A stretch of DNA of 64,000 nt from Eubacteriales bacterium (GTDB lineage Bacteria > Bacillota > Clostridia > Oscillospirales > Butyricicoccaceae). A program made the position numbers and the translations under genes. Positions within the stretch are counted from its first letter, which is position 1. The number at the start of each line of letters is the position of its first letter. The notes below the pieces were generated by a model that saw only the letters and a program-made list of their open reading frames with translations, was not told the origin of the DNA and ran no database searches. Shown here one piece after another: positions 63,203 to 64,000 of this stretch. The stretch is from the NCBI GenBank assembly GCA_030539335.1, contig JAUNSG010000011.1, positions 19,238-83,237 on the forward strand, written 5' to 3'.

Positions 63203-63856
63203 TTACTGATAGTACGCCAGCTTGCGCTCGACGGCATTCATCGCAAAGGCGACGAGGTAATTAAAGACATAGTAGAACAGGCCGGCGACAAACAGCGGGG
63301 CAATCGAAGCCTGTGCCGCTGCAACCTGCTTGGCGAGCGTGAACATCTCGGCATAGGCAAGAACGAATGCCAGAGAGGTGTCCTTGGTCAGTGTGATGAT
63401 CTCGTTGGTCACCGGAGGCAGGACACGCTTTGCCATCTGCGGGAAAATGATCTTGCAGAAGGTCTGTGCACGGCTGTAGCCCAGTACCGCCGCGGCCTCA
63501 TACTGTCCGACCGGAATGGATTGGATGCCGGCGCGGTAGATTTCTGCGAAATAGGCGGCATAGTTGATGGAGAAGCCGACGATAGCAGCCCAAAATCTCC
63601 AGGTGTTGGATACGGCGACACCAAATACATAATACGGTCCGAAGAATACCACGACGAGCTGGAGCATCAGCGGCGTGCCGCGCAGGACGGAGATGATAAA
63701 GTTGACCACAATCGCGAGCGGACGGAGTTTCGACATGCGTCCGAAGCAGATCAGCAGGCCGAGCGGCATGGAAAAAATCAGGGTCAGGATGAACAGCAGG
63801 AGAGATGCACCGATACCGGGGACAATCTGCTGTACGACGGACAGGATATAAGCCAT
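63203..63856 (-). CDS. polar amino acid ABC transporter permease
   Basis: [24 protein letters not shown]. Confidence 0.95.
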   Translation of the reverse strand: MAYILSVVQQIVPGIGASLLLFILTLIFSMPLGLLICFGRMSKLRPLAIVVNFIISVLRGTPLMLQLVVVFFGPYYVFGVAVSNTWRFWAAIVGFSINYAAYFAEIYRAGIQSIPVGQYEAAAVLGYSRAQTFCKIIFPQMAKRVLPPVTNEIITLTKDTSLAFVLAYAEMFTLAKQVAAAQASIAPLFVAGLFYYVFNYLVAFAMNAVERKLAYYQ

Positions 63857-63957
63857 TCTGTTTCCTTCTTTCTCTCTTTCGATTCTACTCTCTGAAAAAC
63901 GAGCAAAGCGGCGGAAACTGGAACTGCTCCGCCGCTCTGTTTCATTGCATTACTTTG

Positions 63958-64000
63958 TTATTCTGCGCCGTAGCACCAGGTATCTGCCAGATAGCTGTAC
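63958..64000 (-). CDS. 3' end of a probable amino-acid ABC substrate-binding protein (partial)
   Basis: YSYLADTWCYGAE-stop upstream of the permease on the same strand. Confidence 0.45.
   Translation of the reverse strand, partial: YSYLADTWCYGAE

Overview
About 64 kb of a Firmicute chromosome (Clostridia-like by gene content, sigmaA TTGACA/TATAAT promoters and a T-box). I saw no rRNA, tRNA, CRISPR array or mobile element. The flanks are housekeeping (ppdK; galE, dac, pyrC, hisB, hisD-like, amino-acid ABC). The interior is dense with catabolic islands. (1) A PucR-regulated flavoenzyme that fuses an Old Yellow Enzyme/Fe-S reductase to an acetoacetate-decarboxylase-family domain, next to an SDR. 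(2) The best candidate for an undescribed system: a 17 kb GntR regulon (9.6-27.0 kb) marked by a recurring operator (core ATATTAATATATTA) at 9 clear sites plus 1 degenerate site, mostly overlapping TTGACA-N17-TAATAT promoters. It encodes a 2-methyleneglutarate-mutase-like adenosylcobalamin enzyme, a partnerless hydantoinase-A-type ASKHA ATPase (candidate reactivase), a class III aminotransferase, alanine dehydrogenase, an aldehyde dehydrogenase, an orphan IolB-like isomerase, an SSS symporter, an esterase, an acetyltransferase and an orphan [2Fe-2S] protein, with CobO and an SDR beside the regulator. (3) A strongly divergent glycyl radical enzyme (Gly loop VHLGGLS, Cys loop DGCWE) with its activase and an AraC regulator. 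(4) A TRAP/sugar-acid operon. (5) A T-box-controlled cstA. (6) A beta-glucoside PTS locus. All family assignments come from motif recognition by eye; no searches were run.
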